Assembly: GCA_963692915.1 (NCBI GenBank)
Contig: OY843584.1
Coordinates: forward strand, 960,001 to 1,024,000
Length of the DNA stretch: 64,000 nt
From: Cenarchaeum sp.
GTDB taxonomy: Archaea; Thermoproteota; Nitrososphaeria; Nitrososphaerales; Nitrosopumilaceae
Reading direction: 5' to 3'
The notes below the pieces were generated by a model that ran no database searches, had not been told where the DNA came from, and saw only the letters and a list, made by a program, of their open reading frames with translations. Position 1 is the stretch's first letter. Each line of letters begins with the position of its first letter. Shown here one piece after another: positions 29,695 through 39,533 of this stretch. Both the position numbers and the translations under genes were made by a program.

Positions 29695-30531
29695 ATGCTC
29701 AACGAGGTATACCGGCACGCCATGGAGAACAGGGAGAGGCTAGTCGGCTCGCTGGGCAACTATGGCGACATTGTCGATGAGGCAAGGCGCCGCTGGGTGT
29801 GCCACGAGGCGCCCCGCAAGGAGCACCCCGAGACGCTCGGCGTGGACGGGAGCTGCAACAGGGTCTCGTATCAGGGCATGGAGCTGTGGGTGTCCACCGC
29901 AGTGGCAGCATCAGCGGACGGCCGTACCGTGGTGGGCATGGAGCCGAGGATGGGCATAGGGCGCAACACGAAACTGCATGACACGATGCGCCATATGGAG
30001 GCCGACGCGTGCGCCAAGGCGTCTGACATGGCCGAGATTGTCCTCATGGACGGCTCGCTGCGCACGGTCTTTATCGCCGATGACGAGCGCGCAAGAGATG
30101 AGCTCCTGCGCCTCCTGCGAGGCAACGAGACGCGGATCATATTCGTCTCAAAGACATCCGAGGTCGACTTTGAGTTTGGCGACATGGGCGCAATGGCAGG
30201 TGACATTTACTATTATGGGCTAGCGAGCTCCGAGCCCGGATTTAGCGACATTTTAGTAAAAGAGGCGCCACGCACAAGCATGTCGATATCCTCGACATAC
30301 GCGCGACTCGCGCATTCGACACCGCTAATGAAGGTGGAGATGCTCGGTGACGGCATAGACGAGGGCGACGTTCGCGGTCTCCTCGAGCAGCTGGGAGCGC
30401 AGTGCGCAGGCGGGTACCCGCAGGCGCTACGGCAGGCCCACAACGAGTGCACGATCACCAATGACACGATGGACACCATTGCGGCGATATTTGGCATCAA
30501 CGCAGTCGGCTCGAGGGCGATTCTGCAATGA
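29695..30531 (+). CDS. nurA: DSB repair nuclease NurA
   Basis: GVDGS, LMDGSL, VSKTS, GYP..L..AH; first gene of the repair operon. Confidence 0.9.
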   Translation: MLNEVYRHAMENRERLVGSLGNYGDIVDEARRRWVCHEAPRKEHPETLGVDGSCNRVSYQGMELWVSTAVAASADGRTVVGMEPRMGIGRNTKLHDTMRHMEADACAKASDMAEIVLMDGSLRTVFIADDERARDELLRLLRGNETRIIFVSKTSEVDFEFGDMGAMAGDIYYYGLASSEPGFSDILVKEAPRTSMSISSTYARLAHSTPLMKVEMLGDGIDEGDVRGLLEQLGAQCAGGYPQALRQAHNECTITNDTMDTIAAIFGINAVGSRAILQ

Positions 30532-32081
30532 GTGATGAACGCCGTGGCTATGTGACCGGTGAGCCGATCTCATCGAGGGTGGAGGCCATAACGTCCAGGC
30601 CATTTGCAGTGGGCGAGTATGTCATAATTGACCTTGGAGACACGCGCGTTCTTGGCATGGTCGAGGAGTCAGTCGTTCGCAGCGCGACGCTCTCGGATGT
30701 GCCAAACTTTGAGCACGCAGACGAGCTTGTGGGCATTGTGCGCTCCAACACGCGTGACAAGCGCCACACGGCGTCAATATCCATAGTCGGCTCACTAGAC
30801 GCCATCAGGCACGGGCGGCCCGAGATACCGGCGATCCCGCCGCTTCCGGGCAGCAACGTCGGCATAGCTAGCGCAAGTAGCCTAGCTGAGGTCTTTGCGC
30901 CAGACGGAAGCCAGTGGGCAAGGGTCGGCACGCTCTTGCGCAACGATGGCGTGGCCGTAAAGATAAACCTCGACAAGGCAGTCTCCAGGCACGTCGCAAT
31001 ACTGGCAATGACCGGAATGGGCAAGAGCAACACAGTCTCGCTGCTAACGCGCGAGATAGCATCGCGCGGCGGAACCGTCGTCATATTTGACTATCATGGC
31101 GAGTATTCCGCGCTGCGCATACCCGGCATAAACATACTAGACGCAAAGATAAACCCGCGACGACTCGGCGCCGATGAGCTCGCCGAGATGCTCGACTTTA
31201 GGGCCAACGCCGACAAGCAGCGCGCCATCATCTCAAGGGCGCTCACGACTGAAGTCAGGGGGGCAAGGGACTTTTGGGCCGCGCTAATAGACTCGATACA
31301 GGTTAGCGCCGATGACGCAAAGTCAAAGCACGTCATCCACAGGGTCACCGAAAAGGTCAAGTATGCAGTAAAGAGGATGGGCGACATACTCGATCCAGAG
31401 ATAGACGATCCCATGGCCCTCATAAAGCCCGGACGCGCCAACGTGCTCGGAACATCCGAGTTTGGCGAAAAGCAGGCCAATATTGCGCTCGCATTCTATA
31501 TGAGGAACATGCTAGAGGACAGAAAGGAGGCGACCATTGCCAGCAGGCATGGAAGGGGCGCAGACGTCAGGTTTACGGCCCCTGTCTTTATCGTGATAGA
31601 GGAGGCCCACGTGTTCGTGCCAAGGGACCGTGACACGGGCGCAAAGGACATGGCCGCAAAGATAGCGCGCGAGGGCCGCAAGTTTGGCGTCGGGATGTGC
31701 ATAGTGTCACAGAGGCCGCGCGCGCTGGATCTCGCCGTCCTGAGCCAGATGAGCTCGTTTGCCGTCATGCGCATGATACAGCAGGACGACCAGAGGCAGG
31801 TCGAGGCCGCGTCCGAGTCGGCCGGAAAGGCACTCATTGCACAGCTCTCCACGCTCAACGTAGGCGAGGCTGTCCTGACTGGCCAGTGGGCGCCGCTCAA
31901 CGCCATGGTTCGCATTGATGAGATAAAAGAAAAAATGTCCGGCGCAGACCAGAGCGCAACGGCGGATTGGGCTGCAGAGTCAAAAAAGCAGAGTGCGGGC
32001 GTCGAGAGAGTCAGCGAGATGATCCAGACGGACAAGCTAAGGCCACGTAGGCCAGACAAGGCAGAGCAGAGACGGGCATGA
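30528..32081 (+). CDS. herA: DSB repair helicase/ATPase HerA
   Basis: RHVAILAMTGMGKS, DYHGEY, IEEAH, REGRKFG, SQRP. Confidence 0.93.
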   Translation: MSDERRGYVTGEPISSRVEAITSRPFAVGEYVIIDLGDTRVLGMVEESVVRSATLSDVPNFEHADELVGIVRSNTRDKRHTASISIVGSLDAIRHGRPEIPAIPPLPGSNVGIASASSLAEVFAPDGSQWARVGTLLRNDGVAVKINLDKAVSRHVAILAMTGMGKSNTVSLLTREIASRGGTVVIFDYHGEYSALRIPGINILDAKINPRRLGADELAEMLDFRANADKQRAIISRALTTEVRGARDFWAALIDSIQVSADDAKSKHVIHRVTEKVKYAVKRMGDILDPEIDDPMALIKPGRANVLGTSEFGEKQANIALAFYMRNMLEDRKEATIASRHGRGADVRFTAPVFIVIEEAHVFVPRDRDTGAKDMAAKIAREGRKFGVGMCIVSQRPRALDLAVLSQMSSFAVMRMIQQDDQRQVEAASESAGKALIAQLSTLNVGEAVLTGQWAPLNAMVRIDEIKEKMSGADQSATADWAAESKKQSAGVERVSEMIQTDKLRPRRPDKAEQRRA

Positions 32082-33226
32082 GGTTTGCGCACATATCTGA
32101 CATGCATCTGGGCCATACACAGTACGGCAGGTCAGAGCGTGAGGATGACATGTATGACGCCTTTGATGAGGCAGTGGACATCTCGATCAAGGACAGGGTC
32201 GACTTTGCCGTACTCGCCGGCGACCTGTTTGACAAGCCGGTGCCAAGCGGCCGTGCCATAGTCTCCCTTGGCAACTCGCTCAAGAGGCTAAAGGACGCCG
32301 GCATAAAGGCGTACTTTATACTCGGTGAGCACGACGTCAGCAGGGTCAGGGCAACACCGGTCGCACAAGTGTACCACAACCTCGAGGTCGCCGATTACAT
32401 TGGCAACGGCACGCCAGTGATGCACGGGGACACGCTTCTAGTCGGCATGGACAAGAAGCGCCGTGATGAGATGCCCGAGCACGCCGAGGTCATGGCCAGG
32501 GCAGATGCGGCCGCAAGGGCGCACACTGGTCGCAGCGTGCTAGTCATGCACCAGGGCCTCATGGAGTTCAACAAGTTTGCCGGCGAGATCGCCGTCTCGG
32601 AGATGCCAAGGTCATTCTCTTACTATGCGATGGGCCACCTGCATGACAGGCACGAGAGGAACTTTGAGGCCCTCGGCGGCCCCCTTGCGTATCCCGGCTC
32701 GACGGAGGTCACGTCAGTTGAGGGCATACGAGGCACGACAAAGGGGTTCTATGAGGTCGACATCTCTGGCGAGGAGGCGTCCATGGACTGGATCGCCCTA
32801 GACACGCGCCCGCACGTCTCATTTGACACAGAGTACGACAGCATGGGCTCGCGCGTCGCCGAGATCGTCGCCGAGATAGGACGCCTCAAAAAGAGTCCAG
32901 TCGTCAGGCTCAACGTGAGCGGCCCAAAGGTCGACGTGGGCACAGCGCACGAGCAGTCCGCACCTATTCGTGACGCGTCCCTCCACCTGCAGGTCATCGC
33001 AAACCACACCGGAGGCTCAAGGGGCTCCGGCGAGGTCATGGACGAGAGGCCGGCGCACATGGACACAGAACGCGCACGTCTAGTCGAGAAGGCCATAGGC
33101 GACAAGTCGCTCGCTGAGCTTGCGCTAAAGTCCCTCCTTCCCCTGCTCTCGGCAGACAAGATGGACGAGGCACTAAGGGTGGTACTAGACGACTATGAGA
33201 GCTTTAGGAAGGGGCGCGCAGCATGA
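32078..33226 (+). CDS. mre11: Mre11 nuclease
   Basis: SDMHLG, AGDLFD, GEHD, HQ, GHLH, YPGS. Confidence 0.93.
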   Translation: MRFAHISDMHLGHTQYGRSEREDDMYDAFDEAVDISIKDRVDFAVLAGDLFDKPVPSGRAIVSLGNSLKRLKDAGIKAYFILGEHDVSRVRATPVAQVYHNLEVADYIGNGTPVMHGDTLLVGMDKKRRDEMPEHAEVMARADAAARAHTGRSVLVMHQGLMEFNKFAGEIAVSEMPRSFSYYAMGHLHDRHERNFEALGGPLAYPGSTEVTSVEGIRGTTKGFYEVDISGEEASMDWIALDTRPHVSFDTEYDSMGSRVAEIVAEIGRLKKSPVVRLNVSGPKVDVGTAHEQSAPIRDASLHLQVIANHTGGSRGSGEVMDERPAHMDTERARLVEKAIGDKSLAELALKSLLPLLSADKMDEALRVVLDDYESFRKGRAA

Positions 33227-35802
33227 TTATCGAAATAGAACTCGTGGATTTTTTGTCGCATAGGATGACGGATATAAAATTTGAACCTGGGATGAACGTC
33301 ATAGTGGGACCCAACGGTGCGGGCAAGTCAAGCATTGTTGATGCGGTAACATTTGCGCTTTTTGGAAAACATATGCGCAAGGTCAACAAGTTGCTCATAC
33401 GACATGGTGCCACTTCGGGATACGCAACGGTGATCTTTGAGTCCGGCGACAGGCGATTCAAGGCCACAAGAAAGCTAAAGGCCGGTGGTGCCGCAACACC
33501 CACGCTGTACGAGCGGTCAGGCGAGTCATGGGTCAATGTGGCCGCAGGAGAGCGAAGGCAGATGGACGAGTCAACTACACGCGAGATCGAGGGCATTTTG
33601 GGGATGAACTTTGAAAAGATGCAGATAGCGTCAATAATAAGGCAGGGCGAGCTGGCAGACATAGTACGCGAGTCGCCCAAGGAGTTCAAGACACGCATCA
33701 ACGACATTATCGGGAACAGCGACCTCGATGTGGCAGACGGGAACATGGCCGACTTGCTTGCGGGATTTCGCAATAACATCCGTAACAGGTTTGGACACGA
33801 TGACACGCAGCTTTCCACGATCACTGCCACGCTAGAGAGCGACAAGGCCGAGTCTCGGGATGTCAAAGCCAAGATGCGCACACTGTCCGCCGAGCGTGCA
33901 AAAGGCGAGGCGGGAATAAAGACGCTAGAGGCCGAGCTGGCTCGCGCCGAGGAGGGAGCAAGGGCGCAAGACGCGCTAGAGGCTAGGAGTGCCGAGCTCG
34001 CCGAGTACGCGAGGCAGAGGGGCGAGGCGGCGGCGGCCGACAGGGACAAGATCTCCGGCGAGGCCGCCGAGTGCCGCAGGCGTCTGGGCGAGTACGAGGC
34101 CGGCGGGGGTGTGGCAGGTGGCGGGGCGGCGGCCATGAAGGCACGCGTGGTGTCTGTAGAGGCCGAGCTGGCTCGCGCCGAGGAGGGAGCAAGGGCGCAA
34201 GACGCGCTAGAGGCTAGGAGTGCCGAGCTCGCCGAGTACGCGAGGCAGAGGGGCGAGGCGGCGGCGGCCGACAGGGACAAGATCTCCGGTGAGGCTGCCG
34301 AGTGCAGTAGGCTTTTTGATGTTGCCCGGACTGCCGGAGAGGTGAGCACAAGTCTCAAGGAGGCGCGACGTGAGTTAGAGGCAGAGTCCGAGCTTGTGGC
34401 AGCCGGCGAAAAAACCATGGCAGTTCTGAAGGAACAGACGACTATTGCAGGCAAGCTCACCCTAAAAGATGGCAAGTGTCCCGTGTGCGACTCGCGCGTA
34501 AGCAACCTAAAGCCACTGTTCGTAATAGAGCACATCAAGGACGAGATAGAGCGTGCCTCAACAGACATGAAGGTTCACAAGGAGGCCGTGAGGAGACACG
34601 CATCAAAGATTGACGAGCTCAAAGAGCTGGAGAGAAAGGCAATGGAGGCGAAGAGCACACTTGATGCGCACAATGTGAGCAGCATGGATGACATTGAGGC
34701 CATGTCCAAAAGAGCCGCCACGCTAGAGGAGATGATCAGCATGGCCGAGGCGTGTGCGCGCGGCGACTGGCAGGCCGGCGCGGGCATCGACTCGCAGGCC
34801 AGGGCGCACTGCAAGGCCATCGCGGCCCTGGAAAAGACCGCAGGCGCAGGCGGGAGGCCAGTAGAGGAGCTTGAGGTCGAGCTCGCATCCGTGCGGCACG
34901 CGATCGGCGCAGCGGCGTTCCTGGAGGCTCACTCGGTGAGCAGCGCAGCAGACATTGAGGTCATGGAGCGCAAGGCCGGGGAGCTCAGGGCCGTAGTAGA
35001 GATGGCCGAGGCGTGTGCGCGCGGCGACTGGCAGGCCGGCGCGGGCATCGACTCGCAGGCCGGGGCGCACTGCAAGGCCATCGCGACCCTAGAGGAGAGG
35101 GTAAGACGCTCCGGCGGGAGGAGCGTCGCGGAGATCACAGCAGAGCTCAAAGATGCAAAGTCTGCACTAGATGGCATAAACAAGAGGCATGGGGGTGCCG
35201 AAGAGCGCGCAAGGGCACTCGCCGACAGCATCTCGCAGAACGACAGGCTCTTCACGGAGCTCGAGACGGTCAGCGCGTATGTCAAGAGGCTAAACTCGAT
35301 CAGGGACGCCTTTAGGCGCGACGGGTCGGTTGCAACTAGCCTGAGATCATGGGCGCTAAACGAGATATCAAGGGGGAGCACCGAGCACCTCAGCCTCCTT
35401 GACACGAGAATAAACAGAATTACGCTCACAGAGAAGGACAGAAACGTGACAATAACATGCCATTCCGGAGTCACCACAAGTGACGTCTATGCGCTAAGCG
35501 GCGGCGAGCAGGTGTGTATTGCGCTGGCGTTGCGGCTCGGAATGGCCAGGCTACTCGGGCCGAGCGGGCCAAGGTATGTCATACTTGATGAGCCAACTGC
35601 ACATCTTGATGAGGAGCGCAGAAAGGCACTGGCGTACGTGCTCACAAACCTGTCGGGGGCATCAAGGGGAAAAGCCCCCATGCAGTTTATCATGATAACG
35701 CATGATGCCGAGATATTTGACGAGGTTCCAGTGGAGAAGTGCTACAAGTTTGAGCCTGGCGAGCGCGGAACTGTCGTGTCCGAGCTTGGTCATGGGGACT
35801 AG
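33223..35802 (+). CDS. rad50: Rad50 ATPase with internally duplicated coiled coils
   Basis: GPNGAGKSS, RQGE, CPVC zinc hook, LSGGE, LDEPT, ITHD. Confidence 0.94.
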   Translation: MIIEIELVDFLSHRMTDIKFEPGMNVIVGPNGAGKSSIVDAVTFALFGKHMRKVNKLLIRHGATSGYATVIFESGDRRFKATRKLKAGGAATPTLYERSGESWVNVAAGERRQMDESTTREIEGILGMNFEKMQIASIIRQGELADIVRESPKEFKTRINDIIGNSDLDVADGNMADLLAGFRNNIRNRFGHDDTQLSTITATLESDKAESRDVKAKMRTLSAERAKGEAGIKTLEAELARAEEGARAQDALEARSAELAEYARQRGEAAAADRDKISGEAAECRRRLGEYEAGGGVAGGGAAAMKARVVSVEAELARAEEGARAQDALEARSAELAEYARQRGEAAAADRDKISGEAAECSRLFDVARTAGEVSTSLKEARRELEAESELVAAGEKTMAVLKEQTTIAGKLTLKDGKCPVCDSRVSNLKPLFVIEHIKDEIERASTDMKVHKEAVRRHASKIDELKELERKAMEAKSTLDAHNVSSMDDIEAMSKRAATLEEMISMAEACARGDWQAGAGIDSQARAHCKAIAALEKTAGAGGRPVEELEVELASVRHAIGAAAFLEAHSVSSAADIEVMERKAGELRAVVEMAEACARGDWQAGAGIDSQAGAHCKAIATLEERVRRSGGRSVAEITAELKDAKSALDGINKRHGGAEERARALADSISQNDRLFTELETVSAYVKRLNSIRDAFRRDGSVATSLRSWALNEISRGSTEHLSLLDTRINRITLTEKDRNVTITCHSGVTTSDVYALSGGEQVCIALALRLGMARLLGPSGPRYVILDEPTAHLDEERRKALAYVLTNLSGASRGKAPMQFIMITHDAEIFDEVPVEKCYKFEPGERGTVVSELGHGD
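33926..34304 (+). repeat. Direct repeat of about 148 bp x2 (period 231 bp) in the rad50 N-terminal coiled arm
   Basis: TAGAGGCCGAGCTGGCTCGCGCCGAGG...GAGTGC at 33926 and 34157, nearly identical. Confidence 0.9.
34741..35090 (+). repeat. Direct repeat of about 89 bp x2 (period 261 bp) in the rad50 C-terminal coiled arm
   Basis: ATGGCCGAGGCGTGTGCGCGCGGCGACTGG...GCCATCGCG at 34741 and 35002. Confidence 0.9.
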
Positions 35803-36287
35803 CCGCCCGTGAGCTTTGCAAATTTTGGGTTCTTGCTCAGGTTCTCCATGAACTCAATGTTGGATAGCGCGACTACTGCAGAGTCGACTACTGGCTTGTC
35901 AGCATCGCCCAGGGCAGACTCTAGGGCCTTGCGCGACTCGGGTGAGCCGATCACGCCAAGGGCAATGGCGGCCTCGTGGCGCACAAACATGCTAGAGTCC
36001 CCAAGGGTTGCGTCGGCTAGCGGCGCCACGCATGACGAGTAGCACATCTGACCTAGCGAAAAGGCCGCCTCGTGGCGCACGAGCTCGTTTGTGTCATCCT
36101 TGAGCACGCGCGCAATGTGGGGAACCTTGTCCTCGCCCCCAAAGTCCACGAGGATGCAGGTTGCGCGCGTGCGAACCACATAGTCATCGTGGTCTAGAAG
36201 AGCCACAAAATAGCCCGTGTCCTTGGCCTCATACCGTGACTCCATCTCGGCGAACGTGCGCATCCTCTCCTCGGTTACTGCCTGCAA
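35799..36287 (-). CDS. HEAT/PBS-lyase repeat protein resembling half of deoxyhypusine hydroxylase
   Basis: VRHEAAFSLG and VRHEAAIALG repeats; TTG start about 25 bp after TATAATA. Confidence 0.85.
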   Translation of the reverse strand: MQAVTEERMRTFAEMESRYEAKDTGYFVALLDHDDYVVRTRATCILVDFGGEDKVPHIARVLKDDTNELVRHEAAFSLGQMCYSSCVAPLADATLGDSSMFVRHEAAIALGVIGSPESRKALESALGDADKPVVDSAVVALSNIEFMENLSKNPKFAKLTGG

Positions 36288-36732
36288 CGGCGCGCGTCGT
36301 CTAGCGCCCCGTATTATACATTGGCAGGCCCGCGTCCAAAACACCCGTGCAGAACAGATCGATCCATCTTGCAACGATCCTGCCGCAGCAGCCACTGCCA
36401 CGATGGCGCGCATGGCAACATCTCGTGCCGTGTCAGCCTCCCGCCCGTGTGCTGCCACCTCCCACAATTGCCAACTAGCGGATCATCAACGTTGTGTCAC
36501 GAGTGTGCCCTGAGGAGATCGCATGGGCATTGGCGTCAGGGGAGCCAATGTGCCAGGCGCTGCTAGCCATGGTATGCCACGCTGACAGGCCAGAGCGGCA
36601 TTTCCAAATTGGTCTAGCGCACCACCTGCCAGACAGCACACAGATGATGACACAGGGGCAACTGTTGTCCAACGAGTCTTCAATGAATTCCTAAACCAGT
36701 CAGTCGCCTTTGTGATTTTAGCAGCACGTTAG

Positions 36733-37320
36733 CTATGACGCAACAGAGGGCAATCCCATACGCGAGAGAATCATGTCCCTAACCTCATCAAACCGTCCGT
36801 CAAGATGAGCCTGACTCTTTTCAACATTCGCAAGTCTAGAATCAACCACCTGCATTTGATCTGCCCGTTCCTTTCGATCCTGCGCACGCTCGGCCTGGCG
36901 ATCCTTGAGATCCTGCGCACGCTCGGCCTGGCGCGCCTTGATATCCGCCTCACGTTCGTCCTTGTGTGCCTTGAGATCCTTCTCGCGCTCGGCCTGGCGA
37001 TCCTTGAGATCCTGCGCACGCTCGGCCTGGCGATCCTTGAGATCCTGCGCACGCTCGGCCTGGCGATCCTTGAGATCCTGCGCACGCTCGGCCTGGCGAT
37101 CCTTGAGATCCTTCTCGTGCATGACATTTCTGTTCGCGATCTCGCCGTCGAGCTTGTCGCATATCTTGTTGAGCGCCCCAAGGAACTCCTTCCGGTCTTC
37201 CTCACGGTCTTTCTTGCGCTGCTGTTCTGTTGCGCGAGCCCACTTTCGCGTCTCTATTGCGACGTACGTGATGACTCCGAGCAGCGACAGCGCTATTGTG
37301 AGGAATGTTGCCTCGATCAC
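36733..37320 (-). CDS. Membrane-anchored hendecad-repeat coiled-coil protein
   Basis: N-terminal TM helix; about 7 copies of (AQ/EK)DLKDRQAER; TATA-like TTATAT about 25 bp upstream. Confidence 0.75.
   Translation of the reverse strand: MIEATFLTIALSLLGVITYVAIETRKWARATEQQRKKDREEDRKEFLGALNKICDKLDGEIANRNVMHEKDLKDRQAERAQDLKDRQAERAQDLKDRQAERAQDLKDRQAEREKDLKAHKDEREADIKARQAERAQDLKDRQAERAQDRKERADQMQVVDSRLANVEKSQAHLDGRFDEVRDMILSRMGLPSVAS
36876..37117 (-). repeat. 33-bp coding tandem repeat, about 7 copies
   Basis: Unit GATCCTGCGCACGCTCGGCCTGGCGATCCTTGA; head-to-tail, no spacers. Confidence 0.92.
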
Positions 37321-37562
37321 GTCAAGCCTTGAGCAATTTTCAATATAAGCATATCCGGGGCATCAGGCGTGGACTCGCAGAATATCGGCAGGCGGCAGGA
37401 AATATCCCAATCTTGCCCACGGGGCACCCCGTGGCAGCCACGCCCACGCACTCCCTGATCCCCGCTAGGCAGGCGCCCCCACACAGCCTGCCAGTCACAC
37501 AGGGGGGAATAGGAGTAGGCCCATTAAATTTATCAATGAATAGGTTGTGAGACAGGGCAGGC

Positions 37563-38372
37563 ATGGACACGCACATGGAGTCCCACGAAGGCGCCGCAGG
37601 GCAGCACCCACAGACGAGGGATGCCAAGTGCGTGTATCATGGGACAAGGTGCCTAGTTCCATGCGACGGCGAGATTGTGTGCAGGCTCTTTGGCAATGTC
37701 GTGGGCAGGGTGGAGGAGTCAGACATGGCCCACAGCGATTCGCACGAGTTCCCCTCGGCCAGGTTTGGCGTTGGTGCAGTTTCTGAGTCCCTGGGAACCG
37801 CAAGCCCCAAGATTGGGGGCAAGGCTCGAAAAGTCTACACAAAATATGATGGAGACCGCATTTGGAGATATAGGATAGGCCATATCGCCGACCATTTTGG
37901 CATAGGAAGATCAGTCAGGAGCGAGATAGAGTTTGTCTTTTCTCAACTCAGGCGCAAGACCAACCGCAGGCCATCGCACATACTATTTTTCGCAGTTTAC
38001 AACACGTGCAGGGAGAGAGGGGCATGTGTGGTGAGTGAGCACGAGTTGCGCAAGGTAATGTGCCATTGCTGCAACCTTCAAAGCATGCACAGCGCATTAA
38101 AGATATACGGGATGTTTGCCGTGGACGCAAGGAGGCTTGGGCTGTACAGTGGACACAACACGTCTGGATTTTACTTTAACACGTTCCTCAACACGACTGC
38201 CAGGGCACTCGACCTAGACGAGTCAGACAGGCAGGCCCTGTGGAGAAAGGCCCACCAGCGATACTTGCTGCTTCCTGCATCCATGAGTGAAAAGTACCGC
38301 ACGAGAAGCACGTTTCGCGCAGTGCTAGGAAAGCGCGTGTTTGAGTCCATAAAGGGCGAGGTGAAATACTGA
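37563..38372 (+). CDS. Highly divergent transcription factor B (TFB/TFIIB)-like protein
   Basis: Zn-ribbon-like CVYH...LV..DGEIVCRLFGNVV; cyclin repeat IGHIADHFGI..SVR....VF....AVYNTCRERG; partial second cyclin FLNTTARALDL. Confidence 0.65.
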   Translation: MDTHMESHEGAAGQHPQTRDAKCVYHGTRCLVPCDGEIVCRLFGNVVGRVEESDMAHSDSHEFPSARFGVGAVSESLGTASPKIGGKARKVYTKYDGDRIWRYRIGHIADHFGIGRSVRSEIEFVFSQLRRKTNRRPSHILFFAVYNTCRERGACVVSEHELRKVMCHCCNLQSMHSALKIYGMFAVDARRLGLYSGHNTSGFYFNTFLNTTARALDLDESDRQALWRKAHQRYLLLPASMSEKYRTRSTFRAVLGKRVFESIKGEVKY

Positions 38373-39496
38373 TGAAAAAGGCAGGCATTGAGAGTGGCGA
38401 GATACGCATGTTGAGGATAGATGAGCTGATTCACGCGCCGGTGCCCATACACGTGCATTCACAAAAGCAGATGAACCACATTTCAGCCAAACTGCTCAAG
38501 AATGAGCAAGAAAAGACCATACTAGTTGCGGCCCTAGGCGATCAAATGTACATAATAGACGGGCACCTAATGGCCGAGGTTTACCGCAGAAATGGCAGGG
38601 AGGCCATAGCGGCGAGGGTCTGCACCGCCAAAAACGAGCAGGAAGTCATAGCCATGCACATACGCCATAACATGAGCAACCCTCCCAACCCCGTACAGCT
38701 CCTCGAGGCAATAATGTACATGAGGGAACGCAGTGAGACTGACGAGGAGATATGCGACAGCCTAAACATGAACAAGGGCACAGCAGGGATACTCAAGCTG
38801 AGCGTCAATGCGGATGCGCTAAACGAGATGAGGGGAGTTATCAAGGACGTCTCAACGGTCTACTATTCGATCCACCACACATTTCCCATGTATCTCCTAG
38901 AATGGGTCTTCAAGCAGCATATAGAACGCCAGCACGATGCCGCAATTGCGCTGCGGCAGGTAGTCGTAGATTCCTGCAGGGGGCTTGAGCACAAGTTTGT
39001 CTGGCCCACAATAATGGAGGTGCGCATCAGGCAGAGCTACAACGGTGATGACAGGGATGCAGACGCCGGACCAGTTGGAATACCCCTGAGGGTCCATAGC
39101 GACGGAGCCAGGGGGAGGCCTTTGGGGAGCAGCAGCGCATCTGACATCATAAAGGAGGCGCCAGGCACAAGCGAGTTGAGCCACATAAACGACAACACCC
39201 CCACATCGCGCAGGAGGGTGGTGTTCAAGTGCCCGCACGGCTCGGTGATGTATGTCGACGGCAAGTCGCGCGCGTACCATTTGGACGATGAGGGCGCCGA
39301 CAATGTCACCTACATGCGGCGCCTAGACGGCGAGGAGGGCGTGTACCAGATATCCGGCAGAACGCTGAGGTTTCTGCGCGCAAAAAATGGCAAGGTGTGC
39401 CTTAAGGAGTGCACGCCGGCGCAGCTTGCAAAGCTGCTCACAAAGGTCAAGAAGGGACGGATAAATGTCTGCATTCTTTCCTCAGAGAACCTATGA
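38372..39496 (+). CDS. ParB/Srx-like domain protein with HTH
   Basis: LRIDEL...ILV....MYIIDGHLMAEV....EAIAARV...HN followed by TDEEICDSLNM HTH; stop/start coupled to the TFB-like gene. Confidence 0.7.
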   Translation: MKKAGIESGEIRMLRIDELIHAPVPIHVHSQKQMNHISAKLLKNEQEKTILVAALGDQMYIIDGHLMAEVYRRNGREAIAARVCTAKNEQEVIAMHIRHNMSNPPNPVQLLEAIMYMRERSETDEEICDSLNMNKGTAGILKLSVNADALNEMRGVIKDVSTVYYSIHHTFPMYLLEWVFKQHIERQHDAAIALRQVVVDSCRGLEHKFVWPTIMEVRIRQSYNGDDRDADAGPVGIPLRVHSDGARGRPLGSSSASDIIKEAPGTSELSHINDNTPTSRRRVVFKCPHGSVMYVDGKSRAYHLDDEGADNVTYMRRLDGEEGVYQISGRTLRFLRAKNGKVCLKECTPAQLAKLLTKVKKGRINVCILSSENL

Positions 39497-39533
39497 TAGC
39501 GGGATATTTGCCCCACAGGGGCAATGCCGCAGC

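Noticed and set aside
33204-34568. 454-aa antisense ORF and the many other overlapping ORFs in the track
   Set aside because: Stop-poor shadows of high-GC genes with no recognisable motifs
36876-37117. 33-bp repeat as a CRISPR array
   Set aside because: Head-to-tail with no spacers and in frame within a CDS
36805-37332. + strand ORF with LGLAILEILRT repeats
   Set aside because: Antisense shadow of the repeat gene; the minus-strand ORF has a TM anchor, a promoter and a plausible coiled coil
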